Positions 21,141 through 31,013 of a DNA stretch of 64,000 nt are shown here, one piece after another (positions within the stretch are counted from its first letter, which is position 1; every line of letters begins with the position of its first letter). Origin of the DNA: an uncultured Nitrososphaerota archaeon (lineage in GTDB: Archaea > Thermoproteota > Nitrososphaeria > Nitrososphaerales > Nitrosopumilaceae); the NCBI GenBank assembly GCA_963824385.1, contig CAWGPD010000002.1, positions 64,001 to 128,000 on the forward strand, given 5' to 3'. Below the pieces are notes generated by a model, which ran no database searches, was not told the DNA's origin, and was given only the letters and a program-made list of their open reading frames with translations. The translations under genes and the position numbers were made by a program.

Positions 21141-21390
21141 TGTTTTGTATGCCCTAGACTTTGATAAAAACATGATTCTATCTCAATTGTTTTAATATCA
21201 AATTATTACTCATAGAATATATCATAAAGATCAAAATTTGATTTTGTAATTAAATTTTATAACATTCAGTAGTTTTTAGTACAAATTTGTTTCTTAATCT
21301 CAATGATTTTATTCTAAAATACTTGCAGATTTTCTTTCTATCAAGTGATAAAAAAATTAAACGACATATCTTTTTTGTATTAACATCCAA

Positions 21391-22260
21391 TCACTGAAAA
21401 TTAGTCTGATAAACTTTCTTTGGTTTAATTCTTTGATAAACAAACCTGACAAACAAGTAGAAAACAAACACTATACTTGTTATGAAAAAACTTACTGGAT
21501 ATGGCTCATAAAATGAAATAAAGAGCCCCAACCATGTTGCCATTAGAGCAATAATTACAGAGATTATGATAACTCGCTGTGGTCGTTTTGCTAATCGTTG
21601 AGCAGTTGCCGCTGGCGTAACCATTAATGAGAAAATAAGAAGGACACCAACTACTTGAACGGCAATTGATGCTGCAACTGCAACTAAAAGCATGAAAACA
21701 ATACCAAGTAAAAGCACAGGCATTCCCTTTGCCTCTGCTACTTCTTCATCAAGTGATGAGAATAATAGTGGCCGATATACAACTGCAACTGCAGTTAAGA
21801 TTATTGAACCAGTAACAAGTGTCAAAAGTACATCGTTGCTACTAATGCCCAGTATTTCTCCAAACAAGATAGAGTATGCCTCAGTAGCATAACCAGTATA
21901 GAGACTGATGAATAATACACCCATACCTAGCATAAATGCAAGAACTATACCGATCTGAGTATCACGATGGGCTGCACGAGGACCAAGTATGGCCATTACA
22001 AAGCCACTGACACTTGTAGATAATAAAAGACCAAAAACAGGCCTGATTCCAAATAATACTGCCCCTGCTGCACCAGCAAAACCAATGTGAGCAAGGGCAT
22101 GCGCTGCAAACGACGAACGACGCAAGACAACAAAGTAGCCAATAATGCCTGCTATGATTGCAACTATTGTTCCTGCCTCAAATGCATGTTGCATAAACTC
22201 GAACTGAAACATTTTTTGCAGATCTGCAATTAAATTAATGCTGAAGGGGATACTATTCAT
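21391..22260 (-). CDS. znuB: Zn/Mn ABC transporter permease
   Basis: VVLRRSSFAAHALAHIGFAG, DEEVAEAKG and VVGVLL motifs. Confidence 0.9.
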   Translation of the reverse strand: MNSIPFSINLIADLQKMFQFEFMQHAFEAGTIVAIIAGIIGYFVVLRRSSFAAHALAHIGFAGAAGAVLFGIRPVFGLLLSTSVSGFVMAILGPRAAHRDTQIGIVLAFMLGMGVLFISLYTGYATEAYSILFGEILGISSNDVLLTLVTGSIILTAVAVVYRPLLFSSLDEEVAEAKGMPVLLLGIVFMLLVAVAASIAVQVVGVLLIFSLMVTPAATAQRLAKRPQRVIIISVIIALMATWLGLFISFYEPYPVSFFITSIVFVFYLFVRFVYQRIKPKKVYQTNFQ

Positions 22261-23048
22261 GACCATGACTGTCCTCAATACCTATAATTGCAATATTTCC
22301 CTTGGAATCATTTAGTACCTCAATGGGAACCCCATACAAAGCAGTAAGAGACTCGGATGTCAGGACTTCTTTTGGTTTCCCAGTTGCTAGCTTGCCATTG
22401 GCGATGTAAACCACTTTATCAAGAAATGGTAAAAGAGGATTGATGTTATGAGCTATCAGTAATGCTGTAACGTTACGAGAACGAACTACGTTATTTACAA
22501 GTTGCAACAATTCTTTTTCGCGCCTCATGTCAAGATTTGATAATGGTTCATCAAGCAACAATATATCGGGATTACTTACCAATGCTTCTGCTAGAAATAT
22601 TCTTTGCAGTTCTCCACCTGACAATACACTGAGTGGATGATGTGCTAGCTCTTTTGCTCCAACAGCTTCCAGTGCATCAAAAGCAGCTTTACGATCTTTT
22701 TGGGAAAATAAATTAAAACCCCACTGTTTGCCGGAAAAACCTAATCGTACTAACTCAAGAGATTCAACATTAGTTTCGCTGTCAATTGTATGACGCTGGG
22801 GCACATAACCAATCTGCGGATTTCCACGCTTAGGAGGGGCATTAAATATCTTAATAGTACCGCTAATTGGTTGCTGCAAGCCAAGAAGTAGACGAAATAG
22901 AGTTGTCTTGCCTGCTCCGTTAGGACCAATAATTGCCACAAACTCACCTTGATCAATATCAAAACTGGCGTCACTCCAGACGGTCTTGTCCTGATAACCG
23001 GCTACTACATGCTCAGCATGTAATGATCTTGGAATGCAATGTACTCAT
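22253..23048 (-). CDS. znuC: Zn/Mn ABC transporter ATPase (+1 frameshift near 23017)
   Basis: GPNGAGKT, GYVPQ, LSGGE and LLLDEP. The true N-terminus MSTLHSKII... is recovered by removing one base. Confidence 0.88.
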
Positions 23049-23051
23049 TCA

Positions 23052-24022
23052 TCATTGTCCGAGGGCTTGGGCATTAAGTGCGTTTTGGAGAGAGAGTAAT
23101 TCTCCATTCATCCAATCTTGGAATGTAGTATCAGGTGGTTGTATGGTTTCCGTTACACCAACAATCGGAATGCCTTGTTTAGCAGCAAGTGCCTTGATAC
23201 TTTGCGTGAGCGGTGTTACTGTTTGTTCGTTGTATACCAATACGGTCACATTTCCACCCTGACCTTGTAGACTGCTGCTGAAATTGTACAACACTCTGTG
23301 CAGGTGGATCATTTCCTTCAGCGACAGCCTCCATAAATTCAGGAGGGGAGACAAGGTCAAGGCTTGTAGCATTTGCCAGATACTCAAAAATGCTCTCTGT
23401 GGATGCTACTCTTGTGCCATGGAACTGCTGCTTGATCTCGTTAATTCTACTATTATATTGTCCAAGTGATGCATTCAAGTTAGTATACTGTTGTGTATAA
23501 TATGCAGTATTAGTAGGATCGATAGAAACAAGATTTGAATACATCTTATTCACAGTTTCATTCACATAAACAGGATCATACCAGAAATGAGGATTGTCAC
23601 CATTTTTTTTTCCGATAAGATCTGCAACATTCAAAACTTTCTGATTTGGATTATTGCTTGCTGCAATAATTTTTATAGCCCAATCGTCATACCCGGCTCC
23701 ATTAACAATTACAAAATTAGCAGTTGCAATTGCTTGGGCATCGGCATTGTTGCTTTCGTATTCATGTGGATCTGCATTAGGATCTGAAACAATACTCAGC
23801 ACTTGGACATGTGTTCCTCCAAGCTGAGATACTAAACTACCCCAAAAATTTTCAGCTGCAACTATTTGTATCTTTGATGTTGAATTTAGATTAGCAGATG
23901 ATATTGTACTTTGTGTGTTTTGCTGTTGAGAAATACTAGTACTTGTCAAAACAACAACAGTCTATAATTATTGCAGCTGCAATTCCTCCGCCTATTATTG
24001 CAATCTTCTGTCCAGATTTCAC
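23052..24022 (-). CDS. znuA: Zn/Mn ABC transporter substrate-binding protein (two +1 frameshifts, near 23962 and 23272)
   Basis: GTG start with TM anchor; AAENFWG, DPHEYE, NPHFWY and TE metal ligands; ORF pieces 23179-23949 and 23052-23387. Confidence 0.88.
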
Positions 24023-24036
24023 ATTGAGGATATAAT

Positions 24037-24066
24037 ATTAATAACTTATAATCTTTTGCTATTAAT
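24037..24066. promoter_or_regulatory. Imperfect inverted repeat ATTAATAAC-N12-GCTATTAAT bracketing the znuA BRE/TATA
   Basis: The spacer reads AAAAGATTATAA on the minus strand, about 25 nt upstream of the znuA GTG. Confidence 0.4.
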
Positions 24067-24142
24067 TTCTATATTATAGATTGTTATAATTTATTAATTA
24101 TTCCATACTAACTTTATATACAGTTAATAATCATAATTCTGC

Positions 24143-24526
24143 ATGGGAATTATTAGCATATCTCTTAATGATAATATCTTAAAAGAAATGGATGATCTTC
24201 AGAAAGAATTTGGCTTTACAGGTAGGTCTGAATTAATAAGAGCAGGAATAAGGATGCTTTTGTCAGATAAACTAGAAAAAGAGAAACAAACTGGTGACAT
24301 TGGATGCGTCTTGACAGTTACGCATGAAGAAGATGACGAAGAATCTGTGACAAAAATAAAACACAGATATGAAAACATAATACAGACACATCTTCATTGT
24401 AAGATAAAGAATAACAAGTGTCTAGAATTGTTCATACTCAACGGCAAGGCAGTAAAGATCAATGAAATGTCACGTGAATTCCAAGCAAGTGATGAAATGG
24501 AACATGTAAAATTGACTACTACTTGA
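24143..24526 (+). CDS. NikR-family ribbon-helix-helix metal-responsive regulator
   Basis: IISISL...GRSELIR RHH and the C-terminal THLHCK..CLE metal site; divergent from znuA. Confidence 0.88.
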   Translation: MGIISISLNDNILKEMDDLQKEFGFTGRSELIRAGIRMLLSDKLEKEKQTGDIGCVLTVTHEEDDEESVTKIKHRYENIIQTHLHCKIKNNKCLELFILNGKAVKINEMSREFQASDEMEHVKLTTT

Positions 24527-24771
24527 TTTCAATTTGAAATTTAGCAATTTCATTAAAATTTAGAAATTTTTTGGTCATTGGATCATATGATCTTTAACTA
24601 AAATTTGTTTTATTTATTCAGCTTTTGTAAAGAAATCTTTTGGTGTTGACATAATGTCATTCATTACATAGTAGAAAATAAAAATTGATCTAGTTTGAGC
24701 ATCAACAAAAGTCTTAACAACTTTTGTGATACATCATTTTTTCAATTGTAAAAATATGTATTTTCTTTTGA

Positions 24772-24945
24772 TTATTTTTTTGCTTTTGACGCTTCATCAT
24801 TTCCCAAGATCCTAACAACTCTAATTCCCGTAACAGAGCTTTTCCCAACTACCGCCCATCGCTTGTTTTTTAGTTGAACTATTTCTGGATCCAGAATCTT
24901 TACTTTCTTTCTTGCTTTTACGTCATATGCTTCCCATTCAGTCAT
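24772..24945 (-). CDS. Small basic CC1/DUF5679-like putative chromatin protein
   Basis: MTEWEAYDVKARKKV...LKNKRWAVVGKSSVTGIRVVRILG resembles crenarchaeal CC1 (FYDIKAK...AKSPYTGIKVYRLLG). Confidence 0.7.
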   Translation of the reverse strand: MTEWEAYDVKARKKVKILDPEIVQLKNKRWAVVGKSSVTGIRVVRILGNDEASKAKK

Positions 24946-25064
24946 TAAACACCATATCATAAATCACTATATTAATTTTTAATAAATTCTTATTATATAT
25001 TATATTTTAAATCATATATTAATAATAAGAATTATATAGTAAGCGATTATTAAGTAATAACAAG

Positions 25065-25319
25065 ATGACCAAAATGATCTCTGTAAACATTGAGACAAAC
25101 GGATATGGCGCATCAGATCCAAAAGATTGGGCAAATGAATTATCCAACGTATACGCAGATGTTGAACTTGCAGACCTTAGCGTATCAGGAAATATGATTT
25201 TGTTCAAAATGGGGTTCTCAGGAATGGATGATACCAGTCCAGAAGACGTCAAGATGAAGATAGAAGAATACCTGACAATGAATGAGGCATTTGAGACGAG
25301 GAATATTTCTTGCCACTAA
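25065..25319 (+). CDS. Small acidic hypothetical protein
   Basis: Clean 84-aa ORF with an upstream TATA-like element; very acidic. Confidence 0.7.
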   Translation: MTKMISVNIETNGYGASDPKDWANELSNVYADVELADLSVSGNMILFKMGFSGMDDTSPEDVKMKIEEYLTMNEAFETRNISCH

Positions 25320-26047
25320 ATCCTTTTTTATTATTTATTACTGCAATATTGGTCCTATTCCCAATGGGGCAAGTAACAAAGGTTTTTGGTGTTGAGCAAA
25401 ATGTAAATCTAAACTCAAACGAAAATACTTCTGTAACACCACCAACAAAACTTTGCAACATGAAATTACATCCAAGTGTGGACTTGAGCAACTGTCATTG
25501 GTATAATCTTAGTATTCATAATGCTAATATGTATGGCGCTAATATGTCCGGAAGTGTTTTTGTAAACGCAGATTTGTTTGGTGTCAATCTTCAAAATGCA
25601 GATCTCCAAAATGTAGACTTAAAGGGTGTAAACCTTTCAGGTGTAAATCTTTCAGGTACAAACCTTCGTGGTGCTGACCTTAGATATGCAGTTATTTGGT
25701 CCACAAATTTTAATGGCGCAGATCTTAGAGATGCCAAGTTTACTGATTCTACATTTCCATGGTCCACCTTTCAAGATGCAAACATGCAAGGTGCAATATT
25801 CACACAAGCCCAATTCAATGGTGTTGATTTTACAAATGCAAATTTGGCAGGTGTAGATCTTTCATATTGTGTATGTCAGACTTCTACTTTTACACGTGCT
25901 AATCTAGAATATGCGAACCTTTCTGATGCATCTCTTGTCGGGGACATCTTCCACCTTGCACACCTTCATGGTGCTAACACACAAGGATCTGATATTTCTG
26001 GTATTGATAACTCATGTTATGGAAACGAAATATGTACTTTCAAATAA
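25310..26047 (+). CDS. Secreted pentapeptide-repeat protein
   Basis: Signal peptide, A(D/N)L repeats and flanking Cys caps. Confidence 0.9.
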   Translation: MPLNPFLLFITAILVLFPMGQVTKVFGVEQNVNLNSNENTSVTPPTKLCNMKLHPSVDLSNCHWYNLSIHNANMYGANMSGSVFVNADLFGVNLQNADLQNVDLKGVNLSGVNLSGTNLRGADLRYAVIWSTNFNGADLRDAKFTDSTFPWSTFQDANMQGAIFTQAQFNGVDFTNANLAGVDLSYCVCQTSTFTRANLEYANLSDASLVGDIFHLAHLHGANTQGSDISGIDNSCYGNEICTFK

Positions 26048-26066
26048 TTTTATTATGTGGAAAAAT

Positions 26067-26462
26067 ATGAGTACAATTTACAAGTTAATATCAAAGACAA
26101 AATTTCATTCATACAAGCTTGAAAGCGAGAATAATCTTTTTACATGTATTCTAGATTACCGTGGTTCTAATACCACTACAATCTTTCAGATTGGCTTTAC
26201 AGATATTTTTTACAAACCATTGTATTTCTCTGATGGAGATCTTACTGATATCAACATCTATTATGTAAAGAGTAAAAATCTAAAAGATGCAACAGAAGTA
26301 AGCAAGGTAATCAAGTTCAATCCTGGAACTTCAGAATGGCATCCTGCAAAAGATGACATTGAAGATACACATGGATGGATATTCATTTCTAGAGTCTTAG
26401 ATACATCATCAACAGAAATACAACAGATACTTCAACTTGAGGAAAAAATAAATTCAAAATAA
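26067..26462 (+). CDS. Hypothetical protein
   Basis: ORF trimmed to ATG 26067; ends 3 nt before the ClpP-like gene. Confidence 0.55.
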   Translation: MSTIYKLISKTKFHSYKLESENNLFTCILDYRGSNTTTIFQIGFTDIFYKPLYFSDGDLTDINIYYVKSKNLKDATEVSKVIKFNPGTSEWHPAKDDIEDTHGWIFISRVLDTSSTEIQQILQLEEKINSK

Positions 26463-26465
26463 GAT

Positions 26466-27034
26466 ATGACACAAGAACTAGAATCAAAATCTGTTGCAAT
26501 TAGACTAAATGGTCCTATCAATAATTCTACAATCAATTCATTAATGAGTACAATTGACAACAAGATGAAAGAAGGAATAAATGATTTTGTACTTCTTCTT
26601 TCTTCACATGGAGGAGATACTGCCGCAGGTTTGACAGGATATAATTATCTAAAAGGCATTGCCTGTGAAAATAACTACCTGCAACATTGGAACTGTATCA
26701 TCCATAACAACAGTGCTTTATTGTACCGGCAGTAGACGTATTTCAGTACCGCATGCAAAATTTTTGATTCATGAACCATACTGGACATTTGAGCAATCAA
26801 GTTTAAATGAAGGAGAGGTTGATGAGATATTAAAACGGTTAACAGCATACAAACAAAATGTAGCAAAGGTCATAGCAATCAACACAGGAAAGACTACTCT
26901 TGAAGTTCTAAACATTATGCATCAAAGAACTACGTTTACTCCAGATGAGGCTGTAACGTGGGGATTAGTACATGAAAATCAATTCAGAATTATTCAAAGA
27001 ACATTCAGAAGTCATTTCAATCATCAAGGATTGA
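26466..27034 (+). CDS. ClpP-like serine protease subunit (two +1 frameshifts, near 26658 and 26975)
   Basis: LNGPI, LLSSHGG, G.VSS (catalytic Ser), FLIHE (catalytic His) and FTPDEAVTWGLV. Confidence 0.8.
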
Positions 27035-27100
27035 TCTATCATAATTTCAAAAACTTGTAAAACTAGTTGCAATGTAAAAAATTTTATTTTTTTAATATAA

Positions 27101-28033
27101 CTATATTCCATTTTCATTAAGAATTAGTGCGAGAAGTGCGGCACGTGTATCTTTTCCATATTGTGCTTGTTTAAAGTATTTGGCCTGTTTTGTAGAATCT
27201 ATTTCTGGAGATATCTCATCAAGACGAGGTAGTGGATGCATTATGATAGCATCATCTTTTATTTTCTTTACAAGTTCTGTACCAATTTTATAGCTTCCTC
27301 TTACTTTAACATATTCTTCAATGTCAGCAAATCTTTCTTTTTGTATTCTTGTTACATATATTACATCTAGGTCTTCAAGATTTTCTTCCAGATCACTAGT
27401 CTCAGTGTATTGAAGTTTTTTTCTTATTTCATAAGTTGAATCAGATCGAATTTTAAGTGAAGGAGGAGATATCAATTTTACATCAACATTGTAATTGCTC
27501 AAAGCATGTAAAAGAGAGTATACTGTTCTTCCATATTTTAGGTCACCAACAATTCCTATTTTGAGACCATCAATTTTCTTTTTTTCTTTTCTAATTGTAT
27601 AAAGATCAAGAATTGCCTGTGTTGGATGCTCTTCTGTACCACTTCCTGCATTTATCAGTGGTTTTTCTGAAATTTCAGCAGCAAATCTGCTAGAACCATC
27701 AAGTTGATGCCTAAGAACCAAGACATCAGAATACAAAGACATAATTTTTACAGTATCTGCAAGGCTTTCGCCCTTTTTCGCAGAAGATGATGAGGCATCA
27801 GATATTCCAAGGGATGCTCCCCCGATTGAGGCCATTGCTGCCTCAAAGCTTAGTCTGGTTCTAGTGCTAGGTTCAAAGAATAGATATCCAAGTGTCTTTC
27901 CACGTACAAGTTCTCTTTTCTCATTTGGGTTCATCTCAATTATTTTATCAGTTGCTTGGAAAACAGTTTCAAACTTTTGTTTATCAAAATCTCTCACTGA
28001 GACAATATCTTTTTGGAAAAAAGAATTGCTCAT
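27101..28033 (-). CDS. pyrB: Aspartate carbamoyltransferase catalytic subunit
   Basis: FFEPSTRTR, HPTQ, GDLKYGRT and HPLPR motifs. Confidence 0.97.
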   Translation of the reverse strand: MSNSFFQKDIVSVRDFDKQKFETVFQATDKIIEMNPNEKRELVRGKTLGYLFFEPSTRTRLSFEAAMASIGGASLGISDASSSSAKKGESLADTVKIMSLYSDVLVLRHQLDGSSRFAAEISEKPLINAGSGTEEHPTQAILDLYTIRKEKKKIDGLKIGIVGDLKYGRTVYSLLHALSNYNVDVKLISPPSLKIRSDSTYEIRKKLQYTETSDLEENLEDLDVIYVTRIQKERFADIEEYVKVRGSYKIGTELVKKIKDDAIIMHPLPRLDEISPEIDSTKQAKYFKQAQYGKDTRAALLALILNENGI

Positions 28034-28076
28034 TAGCAATTCACTATTATATATGAGTAGTATACAAACTATTCCA

Positions 28077-28538
28077 ATGTCAGAATCTGATCTTATTGTA
28101 AGAAGAATCAAGAATGGAACTGTAATTGATCATATTGAATCCGGAAAAGGACTAAAAGTATTGAGTGCATTGGGAATAGACGGTAGAGACGGTAATGTAA
28201 TTACAATTGCATTAAATGTTCCAAGTTCCAAGGTTGCAAAAAAAGATATCATAAAAGTTGAGAACAAGTTTCTACAAGATACAGATACTAACAAACTTGC
28301 ACTTATTGCGCCAAAAGCAACAGTGAACATAATTCGAGATTACAAATTAGTTGAGAAGAGACGTGTTGCCTTGCCAAATCAAATTGAGAGAATTTTCCGA
28401 TGTTCAAATCCAGATTGTATAACAAACAGTGATGAAGATATTCAACCCATCATGGACGTTGTTGACAAAACAGGACTTGTTCTAAGATGCAGATATTGTA
28501 CAAGAACTTTGGATGTTAATGAATTAAAATATTATTAA
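28077..28538 (+). CDS. pyrI: Aspartate carbamoyltransferase regulatory subunit
   Basis: IKNGTVIDHI and CSNPDCIT...CRYC motifs. Confidence 0.96.
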   Translation: MSESDLIVRRIKNGTVIDHIESGKGLKVLSALGIDGRDGNVITIALNVPSSKVAKKDIIKVENKFLQDTDTNKLALIAPKATVNIIRDYKLVEKRRVALPNQIERIFRCSNPDCITNSDEDIQPIMDVVDKTGLVLRCRYCTRTLDVNELKYY

Positions 28539-28543
28539 AATTT

Positions 28544-30559
28544 CTATTTCTTTTCTATTTGCATTTCATATTGGTCAAAAGTAAACTTTCTTGCAGTTCC
28601 AAATGGTTTGAATGCTCTTCCGTTACCATGATAGAACTTTGAGAAGAATTCAACATAGATCAACCTAGCTCCCTGAATACCTGGTTCAAAGACACCAATT
28701 ATGATATTGAATATGTGGCCTATGAATAGTATCATTGTTCCAAGAATAATGAAAGGAATTCCATGATGTAGTGTTTTGAAAAAGATAAAGTCAATTACAT
28801 CAGCCAAGATTACAGATGCTAACAAAATACCAATAAGTCTGGTGTATGAGAGTATGTGACTTACAATAGATGGCAACTCCATGATTGCCCTTGGACCCTC
28901 TCCAACAAACATCAGTCCAATTCCACCTATCATCAAGCCAATGTAGGCTGCACCTTGTGTACTATGTACTGGATTAACGTGTTGATGATGCATTAGTGCA
29001 AGGCCAAAGAGTACTACACCCCAACCAAAGAGTAACCAGCCCACTTTACCAATTGCATGTTTTTTGAGACCTTCACGCATACTGTTCAAAATACCAAGAA
29101 TTAGACCAAATGAAACCATTCCAAGACCAATGTATCCACTGATGAGCAATAATTTTCTTAGACTAGTAATTGGACTGAATATTGTTCCATCTGCTGGAAG
29201 ATGCAGGCCAAAATGGCTATTGAGAAAACCAAATAGATAGCCGTTAAGATGGAATCCAAAGTAGAGGTTAAACACAAATCCTAATCCTATTGCAATGATA
29301 GCACCTGGTGTCATTGCTTTTGCAAGTTTTACCATCTGACGTCTTTTCAGTATATTCAACGCAAAATTTTTCAGCATGCCAGGCATTATGTTGATGTCTT
29401 TTTTTCCACCTTCGATTCTTCGGATAACCCACCGACAAACTAGAAGTATAAAAAGTCCATATCCTGCATCTCCTACCATCATACCATAGAATATCGGGAA
29501 GAGTAAACCAAAGATGAGTGTAGGATCAAATTCTTTGCCTTCGGGTAAAGAATAGAACCTGATAAAGGCCTCAAACAGTTTGAATCTTTTTGGATTATCA
29601 AATTGTGTAGGTGGATGCTCATCTGTTTCAAGTTCAAACAGCATTGTACCTTTGGTATTTTTTTCAAATACTGCTCTTAGTTGATTTACCTTTAATTTTG
29701 GTACCCAGCCTTCAAGTGCAAACGAGTCGGATGTAACTCCCAAGTTATCAATGACTTCAAGTTTTCTATTCTCAATTTCGAGTTGCTCCTCTACGCATAC
29801 AATATCAACATAATGAGCCTTTGAGATTTCATCTAGTTGTCTCTCAACTTCTTTTAGTTTTTGTGAGATCTCGGATTGTTTTGTTTTTAGTTTTTGAATT
29901 AGCTGGTCTGCCTTTCCATCTAGTTTTGGAACTGCCTCCAACTTTACATCATATTCTTGAACTATAGTGGCAAGTGCATGTGGCGGAAAGTTTGGAAATG
30001 TGACAAGAACCATACTTGTGTTATCTTTTCCTTCCTTAGTATTGATAAAAACATCTTGGCTGTTAACATCAAGTGCCTTTTTGAAAGCAGAATAGTTCTT
30101 TGAATTCATCCTACCAAAGTAAGAGTGGGCCATCTTTAATTGAAGAACACTAAAATCCTCTGCAAAAAATGAGAATTCTTCAACTAGTTTGATATTGTTT
30201 TCTGTTTCATTGAATTGTGTTAGAAGACTTTCCTTTTCTTTTTCCAAGGTTGCAACGTTGCTATCGATATCAATAGATTGCGCAGCTTTCATTATTTGGT
30301 CTACGGAGGTAAATCTCTGACATTGTGTAGCTGCAATTGGGGGAAGAATGGTTCTCAGAGCCTTCATTCGTAAAAGTTGATCTGAAACTTGTCTGAATAG
30401 ATCATTGTCACGCTCATTTCTTAACATAGGGATAACATCTTTTGAGAGCGGTTCTAGCTGTACAACATTAAGATCGTGTAAAATAGATACTACAATCTGA
30501 TTTTCTTTTCGCAATCCAAGCACTGCAATTTTTTGCATTGGAGTTGGTTTTAGAACCAA
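28544..30559 (-). CDS. atpI: A/V-type ATPase subunit I (a)
   Basis: EGWVP, DPT, GDAGYG, SYTRL and RLIYVEFF motifs. Confidence 0.95.
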   Translation of the reverse strand: MVLKPTPMQKIAVLGLRKENQIVVSILHDLNVVQLEPLSKDVIPMLRNERDNDLFRQVSDQLLRMKALRTILPPIAATQCQRFTSVDQIMKAAQSIDIDSNVATLEKEKESLLTQFNETENNIKLVEEFSFFAEDFSVLQLKMAHSYFGRMNSKNYSAFKKALDVNSQDVFINTKEGKDNTSMVLVTFPNFPPHALATIVQEYDVKLEAVPKLDGKADQLIQKLKTKQSEISQKLKEVERQLDEISKAHYVDIVCVEEQLEIENRKLEVIDNLGVTSDSFALEGWVPKLKVNQLRAVFEKNTKGTMLFELETDEHPPTQFDNPKRFKLFEAFIRFYSLPEGKEFDPTLIFGLLFPIFYGMMVGDAGYGLFILLVCRWVIRRIEGGKKDINIMPGMLKNFALNILKRRQMVKLAKAMTPGAIIAIGLGFVFNLYFGFHLNGYLFGFLNSHFGLHLPADGTIFSPITSLRKLLLISGYIGLGMVSFGLILGILNSMREGLKKHAIGKVGWLLFGWGVVLFGLALMHHQHVNPVHSTQGAAYIGLMIGGIGLMFVGEGPRAIMELPSIVSHILSYTRLIGILLASVILADVIDFIFFKTLHHGIPFIILGTMILFIGHIFNIIIGVFEPGIQGARLIYVEFFSKFYHGNGRAFKPFGTARKFTFDQYEMQIEKK

Positions 30560-30562
30560 GAT

Positions 30563-30886
30563 CTATACCTCTTTTAGTAAAATGTCAATTATTTCTTTAA
30601 CTGTATGAGAATCAATTTTTGAAGAAATTGTTTTTGCCTTATTTTTTGCTTCCTCGACAATTTTTTCTGTTTCAGCATTTGCTTTCTTTCTTGCCTGATC
30701 TATAGATGATTCAACTAATTTTTCTCCATCTGATTTTGTAGTTGTAATTGATTGAGTAACATGAACTTCTAAATTTCTTAATTCCTCGGATATTTTCTTC
30801 TTTTGTTCATCAATTTCTTTTTGAATGCTATCTTCTGCTTCTTTAATTTTTGCAAGTGAATGTACGTATTTTTCTGATGTAGACAT
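30563..30886 (-). CDS. atpH: A/V-type ATPase subunit H/G (peripheral stalk)
   Basis: Coiled-coil IKEAE...ARKKA...IVEEAK; upstream of atpI. Confidence 0.8.
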   Translation of the reverse strand: MSTSEKYVHSLAKIKEAEDSIQKEIDEQKKKISEELRNLEVHVTQSITTTKSDGEKLVESSIDQARKKANAETEKIVEEAKNKAKTISSKIDSHTVKEIIDILLKEV

Positions 30887-30887
30887 T

Positions 30888-31013
30888 TTAGACTCCCAAA
30901 AAGTGCTTACCTGCGTATAGTGCTAAAGCAACAGTAGCAAGAATATTTCCTAGCTTAAATGCTCTAATTATCATAAAGAATCTTCTCTGTTGGGAATTTA
31001 CAAATCTAGGCAA
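30888..31013 (-). CDS. Putative 41-aa membrane microprotein inside the ATPase operon
   Basis: TTG overlaps the atpD stop and TAA ends 1 nt before the atpH ATG. Sequence MPRFVNSQQRRFFMIIRAFKLGNILATVALALYAGKHFLGV. Confidence 0.55.
   Translation of the reverse strand: MPRFVNSQQRRFFMIIRAFKLGNILATVALALYAGKHFLGV

Noticed and set aside
24701..24730. Hairpin atcaacaaaagt...acttttgtgat between convergent genes
   Set aside because: AT-rich and weak; may aid termination but gives no support for an ncRNA.
27864..28111. Long head-to-head overlap of the pyrB and pyrI ORFs
   Set aside because: Caused by upstream extension in the ORF caller; the real starts at 28033 and 28077 do not overlap.
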